DNA from: a virus
Length of the DNA stretch: 64,000 nt
Direction: 5' to 3' (one strand)
Virus record (IMG/VR): IMGVR_UViG_3300017917_002237
Location: 4,173 to 68,172 of that record
The translations under genes and the position numbers were made by a program. The notes under the pieces are model-generated. The model did not search any database. It was not told the DNA's origin and worked only from the letters and a program-made list of their open reading frames with translations. Shown piece by piece: positions 1 to 10,385 of this stretch. The stretch's first letter is position 1. Every line of letters begins with the position of its first letter.

Positions 1-77
<77 letters not shown>

Positions 78-100
78 AGTTATTTCTAACTGATATATCT

Positions 101-129
101 ATTGTAGTAGAAATACCATTTATTGTCAA
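101..129 (-). promoter_or_regulatory. sigma70-type promoter for the tRNA
   Basis: TTGACA-17 bp-TACAAT on minus strand. Confidence 0.7.
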
Positions 130-152
130 CTTATTTAGTGACCCAAAACTGC

Positions 153-515
153 TCAATCTGCCTGTCTGGTTAGATAATATTTTCTAAGATGTTGTGCTCC
201 AAATGATTCTATCATGCTTTTTTCTACCACCGCAGGATTAAAATCTTTACAACTAAAAACATCTAGATAGATTTGGCCCAGACCATCAACGAAATGTGCA
301 ACTATACTGCTGGTGACGATTATCTGTACTACAGTAAAACCCGCCTTGTCAGGGAATTCTGCCGCTGTATATTCTATACGTGGCTCCCCAATCGGTTCCA
401 TATCAATATCTTTTACTAATTTTCTAATCCAACGATCTACATTGTCTCTGTCAGACATTTTTGGTGTGTCACACCCGCCACAATCAATAATAAAATGATA
501 ACCCCAATAATTCAT
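153..515 (-). CDS. S-adenosylmethionine decarboxylase-like proenzyme
   Basis: GYHFIIDCxGC, GFTVVQIIVTSSIVAH (self-cleavage region), YLDVFSCK motifs; 120 aa. Confidence 0.75.
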   Translation of the reverse strand: MNYWGYHFIIDCGGCDTPKMSDRDNVDRWIRKLVKDIDMEPIGEPRIEYTAAEFPDKAGFTVVQIIVTSSIVAHFVDGLGQIYLDVFSCKDFNPAVVEKSMIESFGAQHLRKYYLTRQAD

Positions 516-1009
516 TTATTTTTCCTAAACGCTGTTTTTAAAATACTCACAAATACTTCGCTATCTACAGGTGACCACTGGTTGCTATATAAAGAATTGT
601 AATGTCTTGTAAATTGCGTTTTCTTCCATGCTGGCACCTTATAATCTAAGAAAGTCATATATCTATCAGGTAGATAATTTTGTAAAAAATCTATTTCATA
701 AGTTCTTGCTGCCCAGCAGAATCTTTTTAAACCAAAAGCCTCAAAACGTTCAATGGTATCATTTAGCAACGTGGGCAGCTCTTCTGCTTCATCACAATAA
801 TGCCCAATATAATGCCACTCGGGATATTCACCTGAATAGAAAGTACAGGATATAGATGTAAGATCATTTTCCTTGTAACTGCTAAAATTTCCAAAAGCAT
901 GCCATGACTTGAGCCCACTAAGATAGGTTTCTTTGAAGTCTTCAAGTCTAGAGGGTGGTAACAATTGTGCTACCTGGGCCAGATGGTCTATTCTTAATTT
1001 TTTAAGCAT
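512..1009 (-). CDS. Hypothetical, possibly GNAT-like; paralog of 9750..10385
   Basis: Shares YLSGLxSxHAFG, PxWxY, G.xxF, F..xxVPA, W.PxDSxV with the 9750 ORF. Confidence 0.6.
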   Translation of the reverse strand: MLKKLRIDHLAQVAQLLPPSRLEDFKETYLSGLKSWHAFGNFSSYKENDLTSISCTFYSGEYPEWHYIGHYCDEAEELPTLLNDTIERFEAFGLKRFCWAARTYEIDFLQNYLPDRYMTFLDYKVPAWKKTQFTRHYNSLYSNQWSPVDSEVFVSILKTAFRKNK

Positions 1010-1925
1010 TGTTTCCTCGTAATTTACTAATTACCTCATTGTATGTTAAATAGGGCTTGGTATCTCCTAGATTATCTGGCATTAACTTTGCCAGCTCTAC
1101 TCTAGAATCAACCAGCATGCCGCGTAAATTTTCAAACCCCGTTGTTTTTTCTTTATCACGTAAATCTGGCACCAACCTTTGTAAAATTTTATTTTTAACA
1201 GGGGTTATGGACCAATAGGGTGTTTTGTCATTGATTAGTTCAACTATATCTTGATCCTCAAGATAATAAAGCATCAGTTCAGGAGTATAACTGAACCATT
1301 CGATAATAAAAGGTATCTGATACTTCATCGAAAACCTTACGTGTGCTGCTTCAAGAGTCTCTATGTTCCTAAGCACCCATTCTCCCTCAAAAGAATTATT
1401 AACATATTTCTCAATCAACAATTCACCACCAAGTATAGCGGCGGTATTTAATTTTTTAGCCACCTGAAAAAATGCTAGAAATGGCAGCAATTCGCACTGT
1501 ATTTTAACTGCTAAATTTGCCGCTGCACCACTAAGATAAAAATCCTTCACATCAAAATCAACAATCTCATAGGGCAAGGATAATTCCTCTGCAACTGACA
1601 CGGCCTCCTTGACTTCCCCTATATTATAACCACCAGTAAAGTTTATAATTATACACTTGGGACGCAGGCCTTGTCTAGCAAAACTTCTTGCCATGATTTC
1701 ACTATCAGAACCCCCTGATATAAACAATGCCATATCATTCTTAAATTCATCATATTGTAATCGCGCCACCCTCAACAACTCTGACTGGTAATTATTTTTT
1801 GCATAGTATTCAGGGTCTATGGTGCCCACATCTGTAGTATACTGCTGGTACTTGTTGGTTCTTACACCAAAGGGCACCCCATCAATAAAATGTTTAAGGT
1901 GATTATTGTGGGTAAAATTGTACAT
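1002..1925 (-). CDS. PP-loop (N-type ATP pyrophosphatase / AsnB-like) enzyme; paralog of 10342..11301
   Basis: ISGGSDSE PP-loop; NFTxNNHLK N-terminus; EWFSYTPE and K.TGFE motifs shared with paralog. Confidence 0.75.
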   Translation of the reverse strand: MYNFTHNNHLKHFIDGVPFGVRTNKYQQYTTDVGTIDPEYYAKNNYQSELLRVARLQYDEFKNDMALFISGGSDSEIMARSFARQGLRPKCIIINFTGGYNIGEVKEAVSVAEELSLPYEIVDFDVKDFYLSGAAANLAVKIQCELLPFLAFFQVAKKLNTAAILGGELLIEKYVNNSFEGEWVLRNIETLEAAHVRFSMKYQIPFIIEWFSYTPELMLYYLEDQDIVELINDKTPYWSITPVKNKILQRLVPDLRDKEKTTGFENLRGMLVDSRVELAKLMPDNLGDTKPYLTYNEVISKLRGNNA

Positions 1926-2785
1926 TACTTATAGGATTTTTGCCAAATTTTGACTTGATCATCAAATTGCTTTTTTGTGCCTTCTAAAGTAGAAGCCACT
2001 GGTCTAATACCCTTAGACTTAAAGAAGCTTGCATTAGCAGGGTCCTTGTTGAACTTCATACCAAGATCATTAAGCATCTTAACAAATTCAGGATCTGCTT
2101 TTTTGTTAGTCGCTAATAAGAACTGATTAACAACGTTTTGAGTTACTCCTAGACAGTCCTTGGTTGTTGGTAGCCCTTCAAAAACCGTGGAACCCGTGTT
2201 TGCCAACATGGTGATCTCTGGATTATCGTGCATTGTGGCAAAGAATATCATGTCAATCCGGCCGGCGATCAAATCAATTGTCGCTTGTGATGCACCCTTA
2301 TAAGGTATATCAATGTATTTCTTGGGCTCATTATCAAACAGAATTTTTGCAGGTGCATAAGTGATACTATCTTTACCATTGGTACCAATGAATATTGGGC
2401 CGGGGGCCGCCTTCATTGATTGGCAAGTATACTTCTTAGAAGCAGGTGTTCCAATCATCAATGGAGATTCTGCTAGAACAGATGTTATGGTGAACGCATC
2501 TTCTGCAAAAGTATTTTGTACTATATTTGCATAGTGGCTGCTAGAGTTAACCATAGCAACATTACCAGATGATTCCAATAGCCGTCTAGATGCCACCACG
2601 GAGCCTGCACCGGTTATGTTTTCTACTATAACATTCTTGCCTGTTGTCTTTTCTACATGTATGGCAAACGTTCTTGCGACCGTATCTACTGCACCACCTG
2701 GTGCAAATGGTACGATTATTTTAAAATCCGCTAGGGCCATAGTTGGCGCTAGAAGTATTGCTACTATCGCTAGTAATTTTTTCAT
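1925..2785 (-). CDS. Bug/TctC-family periplasmic substrate-binding protein
   Basis: Signal peptide MKKLLAIVAILLAPTMALA; IIVPFAPGGAVD, VIVENITGAG, IPYKGA, DLIAGRID motifs. Confidence 0.85.
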   Translation of the reverse strand: MKKLLAIVAILLAPTMALADFKIIVPFAPGGAVDTVARTFAIHVEKTTGKNVIVENITGAGSVVASRRLLESSGNVAMVNSSSHYANIVQNTFAEDAFTITSVLAESPLMIGTPASKKYTCQSMKAAPGPIFIGTNGKDSITYAPAKILFDNEPKKYIDIPYKGASQATIDLIAGRIDMIFFATMHDNPEITMLANTGSTVFEGLPTTKDCLGVTQNVVNQFLLATNKKADPEFVKMLNDLGMKFNKDPANASFFKSKGIRPVASTLEGTKKQFDDQVKIWQKSYK

Positions 2786-4011
2786 TTTGAACTCCATTTC
2801 CAATCTTTAATTATGTATGGTTGACTATAAAATGATATACTGTTTATTGGGAAATTTTCGATGTTATATCTAAAATATCCCTCGTCCTCTCTGAGGAGTT
2901 TCTTCCACTTTTTAACCCATCTATTTCTACTAGGAGTAGTTCCCCTAAGAAACCACAGATCCTTTGTAGAAAATATAACGCTACCTGTTACCTTGTCATT
3001 GCCAAAGTCGTCAGGATTTTCATCCGGATAGATGATCTTTTCTACTTCTTTCTTTTTAACCCACTTGCCGTTGGGGGAACCATAACCTATAGGATGCTCT
3101 ACAAAGGGCCCGGTGGTGGTAATAAACCCAATATCTACAATTCTATCATCATCAAGTGATCTAATATCATTGATCATGTCCACCAATAGATGGCATTGTT
3201 TGATGGTGATTTCTGGCATGTCTGGGGTGACAAAAAATGGTTCATCATAGAAATTTTTAAGTACGCCGCCCAAGACCTTCCTGTTAACATATGGACGTAC
3301 AGAATATTCAGACACACTGTCAGTAAATTTAAAACACCATTTACCGTCTATTTCAAATAGATTGGGTTTGTCGTATCCCCACATGTAGCATATTGTCTTG
3401 CCTTCTTTGCTTAATTCAACATGATGTTCAATTTTTAATTTAAAGAAGTGCGAGCGTAATGCCAGATACCATGATGGCAATGGACCATTGTAAAAATACT
3501 GAAATTTTTCATAGTAATTGTCATCCAAAAACTGATCTAACTGTAATTGTCCAAAGTCTACGTAGGTAACTCGAGTTCCCTTGTCTTCAAGATTTAATGA
3601 CTGTACATATGGTATAGCCATCTTCACTACTTCTTGATTTATTTTGGCAGTCTCTGGTAGATACTTTTTGTTCCCTGCTATGACAACCTCATCCAATTTA
3701 ATATTATTCTTAACAAAGGTGTTTAAAATAACATGGCTATCTATTCCGCCACTGTAAAGTAAAACCACATAGTCAAATTTATCTCGTAGCTGCTGGGCAC
3801 GTCGTTTATAAAGCTCCTGTAAAGATTCTTCTGGTTCCTTTTGCCAATCTAACTCCTCCATCTTGTTGTCGTTGAAGATGAATTTGATATCGCTAGCTGG
3901 CAGGTTCTTATTCTGAGCTATTTTCCAGGCTTCATATTTACTGAAAGTTTTGACACCATCAATCTCAAAGTAGCCGTATTTTGTAAATTGTTCTTCTGAA
4001 TTAAAGTACAC
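2782..4011 (-). CDS. PP-loop ATPase family protein
   Basis: RAQQLRDKFDYVVLLYSGGIDS PP-loop; 409 aa. Confidence 0.7.
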   Translation of the reverse strand: MYFNSEEQFTKYGYFEIDGVKTFSKYEAWKIAQNKNLPASDIKFIFNDNKMEELDWQKEPEESLQELYKRRAQQLRDKFDYVVLLYSGGIDSHVILNTFVKNNIKLDEVVIAGNKKYLPETAKINQEVVKMAIPYVQSLNLEDKGTRVTYVDFGQLQLDQFLDDNYYEKFQYFYNGPLPSWYLALRSHFFKLKIEHHVELSKEGKTICYMWGYDKPNLFEIDGKWCFKFTDSVSEYSVRPYVNRKVLGGVLKNFYDEPFFVTPDMPEITIKQCHLLVDMINDIRSLDDDRIVDIGFITTTGPFVEHPIGYGSPNGKWVKKKEVEKIIYPDENPDDFGNDKVTGSVIFSTKDLWFLRGTTPSRNRWVKKWKKLLREDEGYFRYNIENFPINSISFYSQPYIIKDWKWSSK

Positions 4012-4074
4012 AGTTAACTCCTGTACGGAATATTTATATATTAACGTCGTTGATTGCCATGTGTAAATATCTAT

Positions 4075-4755
4075 ATGACCGTATTATTTCAGCAGCTAGA
4101 CAATTTACCGCAGCCACCTGGAAATTTAGTAGACAGTGTAATTGATCAATGGATTAAAAAATATGGTACTTTTGATCGATATGGTAGCTTTCCAAACATA
4201 AGCATGGACCTTAGGGACTCAGTAAAAGCAAAAATATTCCAGAGAGTCAGCACATTTGATCCAATAACTCATGAAATCGGTGCTTGGCTCAAAGACAATA
4301 TATTTAGAAACATTAGACAGCATTCAGATTGGATACTGCGTGTGTCGCACATTCACTGGCAGGCATTTAAGAAAGACCAGTTAATTGAAATTTATGAAAA
4401 GCATTTAGATTCTAGAAATGCATCACCTCTATTAGAGGATAACAGCTTTGTTCTTATCTATAATATAACAGATTCAATTGGAGATTTTGTTATCTATCAG
4501 GAAGCAGGAAAGCCACTGATAAGAACAGAAGATAGACCTGTATACAAAAAGCCAACAGACGAAATACATCAACTACCTCATGAAACATTAAAATTCAACG
4601 ACTGCATAGAGATTGAAAGACATAGGCCCATGCCAAGAACATGGTATCTTAGCAGGATAGATGTAATTCATGCAGTTGAGAATAGCAATCAAATACCCAG
4701 GGTTGCACTTCAAATACGCCTTACAGAGAGCGAGGCCAGGAATTTAATGAAATGA
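4075..4755 (+). CDS. Putative 2OG-Fe(II)/cupin oxygenase
   Basis: HLD...HAV...R triad pattern (KHLDSR; IHAVEN; PRVALQI). Confidence 0.55.
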   Translation: MTVLFQQLDNLPQPPGNLVDSVIDQWIKKYGTFDRYGSFPNISMDLRDSVKAKIFQRVSTFDPITHEIGAWLKDNIFRNIRQHSDWILRVSHIHWQAFKKDQLIEIYEKHLDSRNASPLLEDNSFVLIYNITDSIGDFVIYQEAGKPLIRTEDRPVYKKPTDEIHQLPHETLKFNDCIEIERHRPMPRTWYLSRIDVIHAVENSNQIPRVALQIRLTESEARNLMK

Positions 4756-4793
4756 TTTGAATAGCATAATACTTCGGTACTAAATACTGAAGT

Positions 4794-5432
4794 ATGAGTT
4801 ATTATCGCAGGCTAAATTTACCTAAAAATCCAGTTAAAAAAGTACCTAATTTTGTGGCCGCCTATGATGGACAGGTGGTTGCAGATCCCTATGAAGAATT
4901 AACAGATGAATTTTTAGATATACTAAGCAGACTAAATCTCACACCAAATGTTTTATTTTTCTTCTGTAAAGGCGACAAAGAATCTAATTTAGAGTCACGA
5001 GTGTTACACAGTGACATAACTAGGGCGGACCCACACCCCTGGTACCCCTCAGATGAACCAAGCAAAAAAACCTGGAAGGACATAATATGCGGACTAAACT
5101 GGGAGATGTCAGGGTCAAAGACAGAATTCATTTTCTATGACACCACACACTTAGAAGGTCTTTATCCTGTACGTAAGGATTTGCCACTAAAATATGACTA
5201 TCTAAACAGTGTCCACTATGTAAAACGAAGTAACTTTGGTATACCGGAAGGTGCGGTAAGATTAGATACAGTGCTGCTTAATGAAATTCCTACCATGGTT
5301 AGAACAGAAACTCCTCATATTACAGCCTATTCTGGTGACAACATTAGAGTAGGGGCCAGTCTTAGATTCAAAGAAGATTGGACTACATGGGAGGAAGCAT
5401 TAGAAAGATTCAGACCATTAATAATTGAATAA
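4794..5432 (+). CDS. Putative 2OG-Fe(II)/cupin oxygenase
   Basis: LHSD, GLNW, PTMVRTETPH, RVGASLRF. Confidence 0.55.
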   Translation: MSYYRRLNLPKNPVKKVPNFVAAYDGQVVADPYEELTDEFLDILSRLNLTPNVLFFFCKGDKESNLESRVLHSDITRADPHPWYPSDEPSKKTWKDIICGLNWEMSGSKTEFIFYDTTHLEGLYPVRKDLPLKYDYLNSVHYVKRSNFGIPEGAVRLDTVLLNEIPTMVRTETPHITAYSGDNIRVGASLRFKEDWTTWEEALERFRPLIIE

Positions 5433-6044
5433 TATTTTTCTAGCAGCAAAAAAATCTATATTATCGTTTGTACTTCTTAAAGTAAGAATAGTTCTCTCGT
5501 TGGGGCTTCTATAGTTGTTGACGTCGTGAAACAGATCTACATTGAATAATATTACATCATTCTGTTTGGCCACCATACTCTTTACTGGAACTATTTTATC
5601 CCATTCAAGGCTTCTGTTGTAGTCACCGATTTCTCTACTTCGTGCTTTGCCAATTGGGGCAGCTTCTAAGGTATCAATTGGTCTACCAGCAAATTGTTCA
5701 TCATCATACCAAGAGGTAACACATTTATTATCTTTTACATCTACGATATAATTGATACCCATTTTACAAGACAATCCGTCCTTGTGCGGTCTGTAATAGA
5801 ATCTAGGTTGAGTCACAAACAGAGACACTCTTGTTTTTAAAAAGCTAAATTGATCTACATATGGTATGTAATTTAGTATTTGTTCTGCATCATCTAGTGG
5901 CAATCTATGATGCACAAATTTATTTGTATATTTTCCGTCAACCTGGTTTACTTTAAATTTTTTAGACAGGTCTATTATCTTGTCAGAATCTGTATGACGA
6001 TAACGAATAAAATATGGGCTGCAATCTTCAATTAGTTCGATCAT
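5418..6044 (-). CDS. Putative 2OG-Fe(II)/cupin oxygenase
   Basis: PHKDG, GINY, LFNVDLFHDV, RTILTLR. Confidence 0.6.
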   Translation of the reverse strand: MIELIEDCSPYFIRYRHTDSDKIIDLSKKFKVNQVDGKYTNKFVHHRLPLDDAEQILNYIPYVDQFSFLKTRVSLFVTQPRFYYRPHKDGLSCKMGINYIVDVKDNKCVTSWYDDEQFAGRPIDTLEAAPIGKARSREIGDYNRSLEWDKIVPVKSMVAKQNDVILFNVDLFHDVNNYRSPNERTILTLRSTNDNIDFFAARKILFNY

Positions 6045-6691
6045 ACCGCAATTTTTCCCGTAGTCTTCACACCATAAGTATCTGTTTCTGGTGTTGTATT
6101 GTAGTAATATAACACTCTTCGACGGGGATGTCTGTTTACTAATCTTTCTTCCGCCAACTGTTTTGTATCTAAGAAATCAATTAACAAACTTGTCTTGGGT
6201 GTGGCCTTAGATGAATTTTTAGCAAAATGTGTTGTTATATTATCAATCTCATAGACGTTGGGGGTTTCTAATTTAAAATAACGTTCACGTGAAACAAAGT
6301 AGGCGTTGTCAACTAGCAGCGGCACTTGTATTCGCCTGCCACATAGATGATAAAAACGAACATCGTTATGTCGTTTTAATTCTTGGCCCGGATCTAGGTA
6401 GCTTATCTCACAAGAAAAAATAGTCATATCATTAAACTGTGGCCAAGTTCTTAGCTCATTTAATATGTCTATAACAGATGAGAAGTCTAAATCACTGACA
6501 TCCTGATCATAAGCAGAGCTGTCTACAATGGGGGCCTGTAAAGATACAAGATAATTAGAATATCGCAGGGCAGGCTCTTCTCTGGCAAATCTTTTTTCCT
6601 TATAATCAATGCTTAATGCAAAATCACTAGCGCGATCAATTAATTTTTGATCCAACTGTCCTATAACTTTGCATCCCTCTCTGAAAAACAT
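6041..6691 (-). CDS. Aspartyl/asparaginyl beta-hydroxylase-like 2OG oxygenase
   Basis: LDPGQELKRHND, RIQVPL, YEIDNITTHFAKN, LLIDF. Confidence 0.65.
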   Translation of the reverse strand: MFFREGCKVIGQLDQKLIDRASDFALSIDYKEKRFAREEPALRYSNYLVSLQAPIVDSSAYDQDVSDLDFSSVIDILNELRTWPQFNDMTIFSCEISYLDPGQELKRHNDVRFYHLCGRRIQVPLLVDNAYFVSRERYFKLETPNVYEIDNITTHFAKNSSKATPKTSLLIDFLDTKQLAEERLVNRHPRRRVLYYYNTTPETDTYGVKTTGKIAV

Positions 6692-6708
6692 AAACCTCTC
6701 CGATCTTT

Positions 6709-7371
6709 TTAATGTTTAGAAATATATTTGTAACGAGTATCAGGCCCGCCATACCCGCTTAGACGTACAGGATTATTGATAACTGCATCTATATCTATCT
6801 TATTTTTCCATTCTTCAAGAAGCTCAGGTTTGTAGATATCAAATCCCAGGAAATAAAAATTATCACTGGTTGTGTTTCTAAATTCATGTAGATCTTTCGC
6901 AGGACTAAATGTCCACAATGTGCCTTGGTCTGACCCCACAGATTGTTTATTAATGTTTACTATAATAGATCCAGGTGCGTGCTTAGATACAAAAAATATG
7001 TATCTAACAATCATATTATGATATGTGAAATCATCTTTATGTGGCATGATTGTGTGCCCGGGAGGTACTCTCCATGCACACATTCTACCAAAAGGTACAC
7101 CGTCGTTTCCTGTCAAAGTTCTAATAAATTTTGCAAACTCTATCGTCAATGGTAGTTCAGGATTCCACTCTTCCGGTTCTGCAACAGCAGCAGCCACCAT
7201 GCTTTCGTGATCGAAATAATTTAAATTTCTATTCATGAATTTCATATATGCCTGTTCAAATATTTTGTGTTTGTTGGATACCGGATGAAACCATCCATTG
7301 GGTGCCGAATCTAATTCTTTAAAGATCAGTTTTGCCCAGTCTTGAAATTGAGTGCTTATATAATTTAGCAT
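6709..7371 (-). CDS. Aspartyl/asparaginyl beta-hydroxylase-like 2OG oxygenase
   Basis: VPPGHTIMPHKD, GTLWTF..LHEFRN, FLGFD. Confidence 0.65.
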   Translation of the reverse strand: MLNYISTQFQDWAKLIFKELDSAPNGWFHPVSNKHKIFEQAYMKFMNRNLNYFDHESMVAAAVAEPEEWNPELPLTIEFAKFIRTLTGNDGVPFGRMCAWRVPPGHTIMPHKDDFTYHNMIVRYIFFVSKHAPGSIIVNINKQSVGSDQGTLWTFSPAKDLHEFRNTTSDNFYFLGFDIYKPELLEEWKNKIDIDAVINNPVRLSGYGGPDTRYKYISKH

Positions 7372-8849
7372 GTTGCCCCCTTAACAATTCTGTTGAATTC
7401 CTTTGATACACGTTCTTGCGTGTCTAGTTCTATTAGATATTTTAGTATTTTATGCGGCATATTATCATCCAAGTTTTCATCTGCAACACCTGCTTGCCAT
7501 AGGCCTGCAATTCTCCAGCCTCCTGACCGAACAAATTTCTGTGACTTTATCATTAATTTTTTTGCCAGATAATTTGCCTGGTATCTTGTCCAATGGTCGT
7601 TATACCAATTGCCTCTCTGGTCAAACTTATATCCAAAACTTTCAGGATCCTTGTCAAATGTAGACAATACGTCGCCGGCAAGAGGTTTGGTACCAGTATA
7701 TATTCTCAAACTCAAAGGTTCAATGTGCCAGGATCTAAAAAATGTATTTTGTTCGCTTACTAGAAAATTATATGTTTCAGTCACTAATTCTGGTGTATCA
7801 TAAGGAAGGCCTGCAATAAAACTAGCATGAACTCTAACTTGATTATTATTTGCTTCGCCTAATTTTTTACAAACGTCCAGAACCTTTTCCACTTTAGTTC
7901 CCTTACCAATAACTTTTCTTGTTTCTTCGTTAAAACTTTCCATGCCAATAAATGCACCCTTTAATCCTAGATCAACTAGCATATCAATCATCTCGGGTTT
8001 GGTTACTAATATCTCTGGTTTAATATACGCAACAAATTCAAAATTAGGTATATCAGCTAATTTCACTGCTTCAGTGAGTCTATGAACTTTTTCTATACTG
8101 TCGTTGAACGTATCATCTAATACTGTATATCTTGTTGTTCCGAACAATTCGTAGTTACGTGAAAGCTCACTTGCAATATTATTTATAGATCTCTGATAGC
8201 TATCGTAATATTTCTTGCCTTGGAAGGGGTGTCTACAAAATCCGCACCTAAATATACAACCCCTCGCTACTTCAATAGGCAATGGTTGATGTTTTTTAAA
8301 ATTATCTTCTTTAAGAAAAATAGTTTCTAAATCATCAGGATTGGTAACAGCATGGTTTTTATTGCTGTCAATCATATAGACCTGTTTGTTATCCTCAATC
8401 TTCATTGGTGTGAACGTTAAAGTATGATCTTGGCCATGGATCATTTTTAAAAATTCAACGAAGCTATCATCACTATATCCATGGAAATGATAATTTGCGT
8501 TTTCAAGTAGAAAACCCTTGTTGTATTCATCGTGGCCGCCGGTGATTATTAAAAGATTGGGCCAGCGTCTTTTCACTGTATCAAAGAATTTGACATTATA
8601 CCATGGATAAAATTGTATAGTGCCCGGGTCTATCCATGAAGCACTCAATCCTATAAATTTTGTTTCTTTTGTTATCGCTTTGTCTAGCAATTCAAAGATC
8701 TGATCAAGAGTAAGGCTGTTGATAAAATCAACAATCATTACATTGAAACCGGCCCTGCTTGCTGCTGTTCTAAGCCTGGGACCTGCTATACCTCTGCCTG
8801 CAAATTCAAAATTTTGGCCGAAAAGTAATATTCCACAATAGTCGATCAT
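7365..8849 (-). CDS. Radical SAM enzyme with N-terminal B12-binding-like domain
   Basis: EVARGCIFRCGFC (CxxxCxxC), DDTFN, GMESF, SFIAGLPYDT; N-terminal FIGLS...IITGG domain. Confidence 0.85.
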   Translation of the reverse strand: MIDYCGILLFGQNFEFAGRGIAGPRLRTAASRAGFNVMIVDFINSLTLDQIFELLDKAITKETKFIGLSASWIDPGTIQFYPWYNVKFFDTVKRRWPNLLIITGGHDEYNKGFLLENANYHFHGYSDDSFVEFLKMIHGQDHTLTFTPMKIEDNKQVYMIDSNKNHAVTNPDDLETIFLKEDNFKKHQPLPIEVARGCIFRCGFCRHPFQGKKYYDSYQRSINNIASELSRNYELFGTTRYTVLDDTFNDSIEKVHRLTEAVKLADIPNFEFVAYIKPEILVTKPEMIDMLVDLGLKGAFIGMESFNEETRKVIGKGTKVEKVLDVCKKLGEANNNQVRVHASFIAGLPYDTPELVTETYNFLVSEQNTFFRSWHIEPLSLRIYTGTKPLAGDVLSTFDKDPESFGYKFDQRGNWYNDHWTRYQANYLAKKLMIKSQKFVRSGGWRIAGLWQAGVADENLDDNMPHKILKYLIELDTQERVSKEFNRIVKGATC

Positions 8850-8937
8850 AATTCATATTTTATCATATACCTGCTGGTATATTTGTATTCTTTATTTAAG
8901 CCGATTATTGTAATAGAATTTTCGATTTTGAATTCTT

Positions 8938-9753
8938 TTATTTTGATGCTGTAGGTTTGCCTATGAAAGGTATGAATATTACGCAGGGGTCAAATTCCCA
9001 CCACTTACCGCTTACGCCGCGGCCGAAGTCAAACGCACTGGCCTTATAGTGATGGTTATTATGCCAAGCCTGGCCCCAGGTCAGATAACCCAGTATAGGA
9101 TTATTTTGACTATTGTCTTTAGTATCAAAATTTCTATAGCCTATAACTGCCTTGGTGTGCCCAAACACGTTGACTAGGTTATCCTGGAATAAGCCTATCA
9201 TCGTAACCAACCAAAAACCAGTAAGAGCCAGGCGCCAGTCAAATACTGCAACTGCCAGTGGTGTTAGCCATAGAATTCTTAGATAATGTTTATGGAAAAA
9301 ACTATGATTAGGTTTTCTCAACATATCCAATGAATACTTAATGCTTATAGGCATTTCACGTTCTGTAATAGTTCTATACCAGCCCACAAATGCATGCCAC
9401 TTGCCATAGACCACAGGACTATGAATATCCCTGGGTTGGTCTGCATATGGGTGATGATATCCTCTATGCAAAGATGTCCAGAAAATGCTGCTACCCTGGC
9501 CTGCAAATACAGCGAAAAATAATATTACGGATTCTTTCCAGGTAGGAAGTTTATGTGTTCTATGACTGAAGATTCTATGATAACCCACAGCAATGCCTAG
9601 CCCACATACCAAGACCCACATTACAAAAGTGGCCCACAAATAGTAAGCGGGAATAATGCCCATAGCAAGTAACGCTATGGTAAATGAACCTATTATCATT
9701 GCTGGTACGAATTGAAACCAGAATGATTTTGACATGCCTGTTAAAAATGTCAT
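8938..9753 (-). CDS. Membrane fatty-acid (delta-9-type) desaturase
   Basis: His boxes GYHRIFSH, HRGYHH, WHNNHH; TM segments; WWEFDP. Confidence 0.9.
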   Translation of the reverse strand: MTFLTGMSKSFWFQFVPAMIIGSFTIALLAMGIIPAYYLWATFVMWVLVCGLGIAVGYHRIFSHRTHKLPTWKESVILFFAVFAGQGSSIFWTSLHRGYHHPYADQPRDIHSPVVYGKWHAFVGWYRTITEREMPISIKYSLDMLRKPNHSFFHKHYLRILWLTPLAVAVFDWRLALTGFWLVTMIGLFQDNLVNVFGHTKAVIGYRNFDTKDNSQNNPILGYLTWGQAWHNNHHYKASAFDFGRGVSGKWWEFDPCVIFIPFIGKPTASK

Positions 9754-10385
9754 ATGTGTCCTCCTATGGGCAGCTCTGTCCTATATTCTTGTTTTAAATA
9801 ATTACAACGGACAACACTATCCTCAGGCACTAACCAACGCTTGAATAATAACTCCCAATGATTGCCATAGAAACATTTTGCCTTGGCGGGTACGACGAAC
9901 TCATCAAAATAACCATATCGTTCGTCATTTTCCTTGCTCCAATGAAATCTACGTAGAAGTCTAGAATGTTTTTTATGCACCAGAGTATAGAATTTAAGCC
10001 TTCCATTGCTTTCATTATATTTAATCACTTCGTCCAGAACAGCTCGTAATTTCTCATTATCTCCCAGACTTCTATATAAGGTATAATACCAAGCAGGTTC
10101 TTCATTGCTCTCATAGAAACTAATGGCGGCCTGGACTTCGTCATTTTCCACCCAGCCAAAAGCATGAAAACTATTTAGGCCGCTTAGATAGTTAGAACAA
10201 AATACATGATATAGTCTGGTATTAAATTGCTCTGTTGGTGATGCTGGGATATTTTTAAAAGTTCCTAAAGTAAACTCGGGGGTATCTGCTATGACATTGC
10301 CCATGTACTTTTCATTATTGAACAACCCCCTGACGGCGGCTTTATGACTGCTGTTCAACTTCACTACTGACATAATCTTCTCCAT
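9750..10385 (-). CDS. Hypothetical, possibly GNAT-like; paralog of 512..1009
   Basis: Shared motifs with the 512 ORF; coupled to upstream PP-loop gene. Confidence 0.6.
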   Translation of the reverse strand: MEKIMSVVKLNSSHKAAVRGLFNNEKYMGNVIADTPEFTLGTFKNIPASPTEQFNTRLYHVFCSNYLSGLNSFHAFGWVENDEVQAAISFYESNEEPAWYYTLYRSLGDNEKLRAVLDEVIKYNESNGRLKFYTLVHKKHSRLLRRFHWSKENDERYGYFDEFVVPAKAKCFYGNHWELLFKRWLVPEDSVVRCNYLKQEYRTELPIGGHI

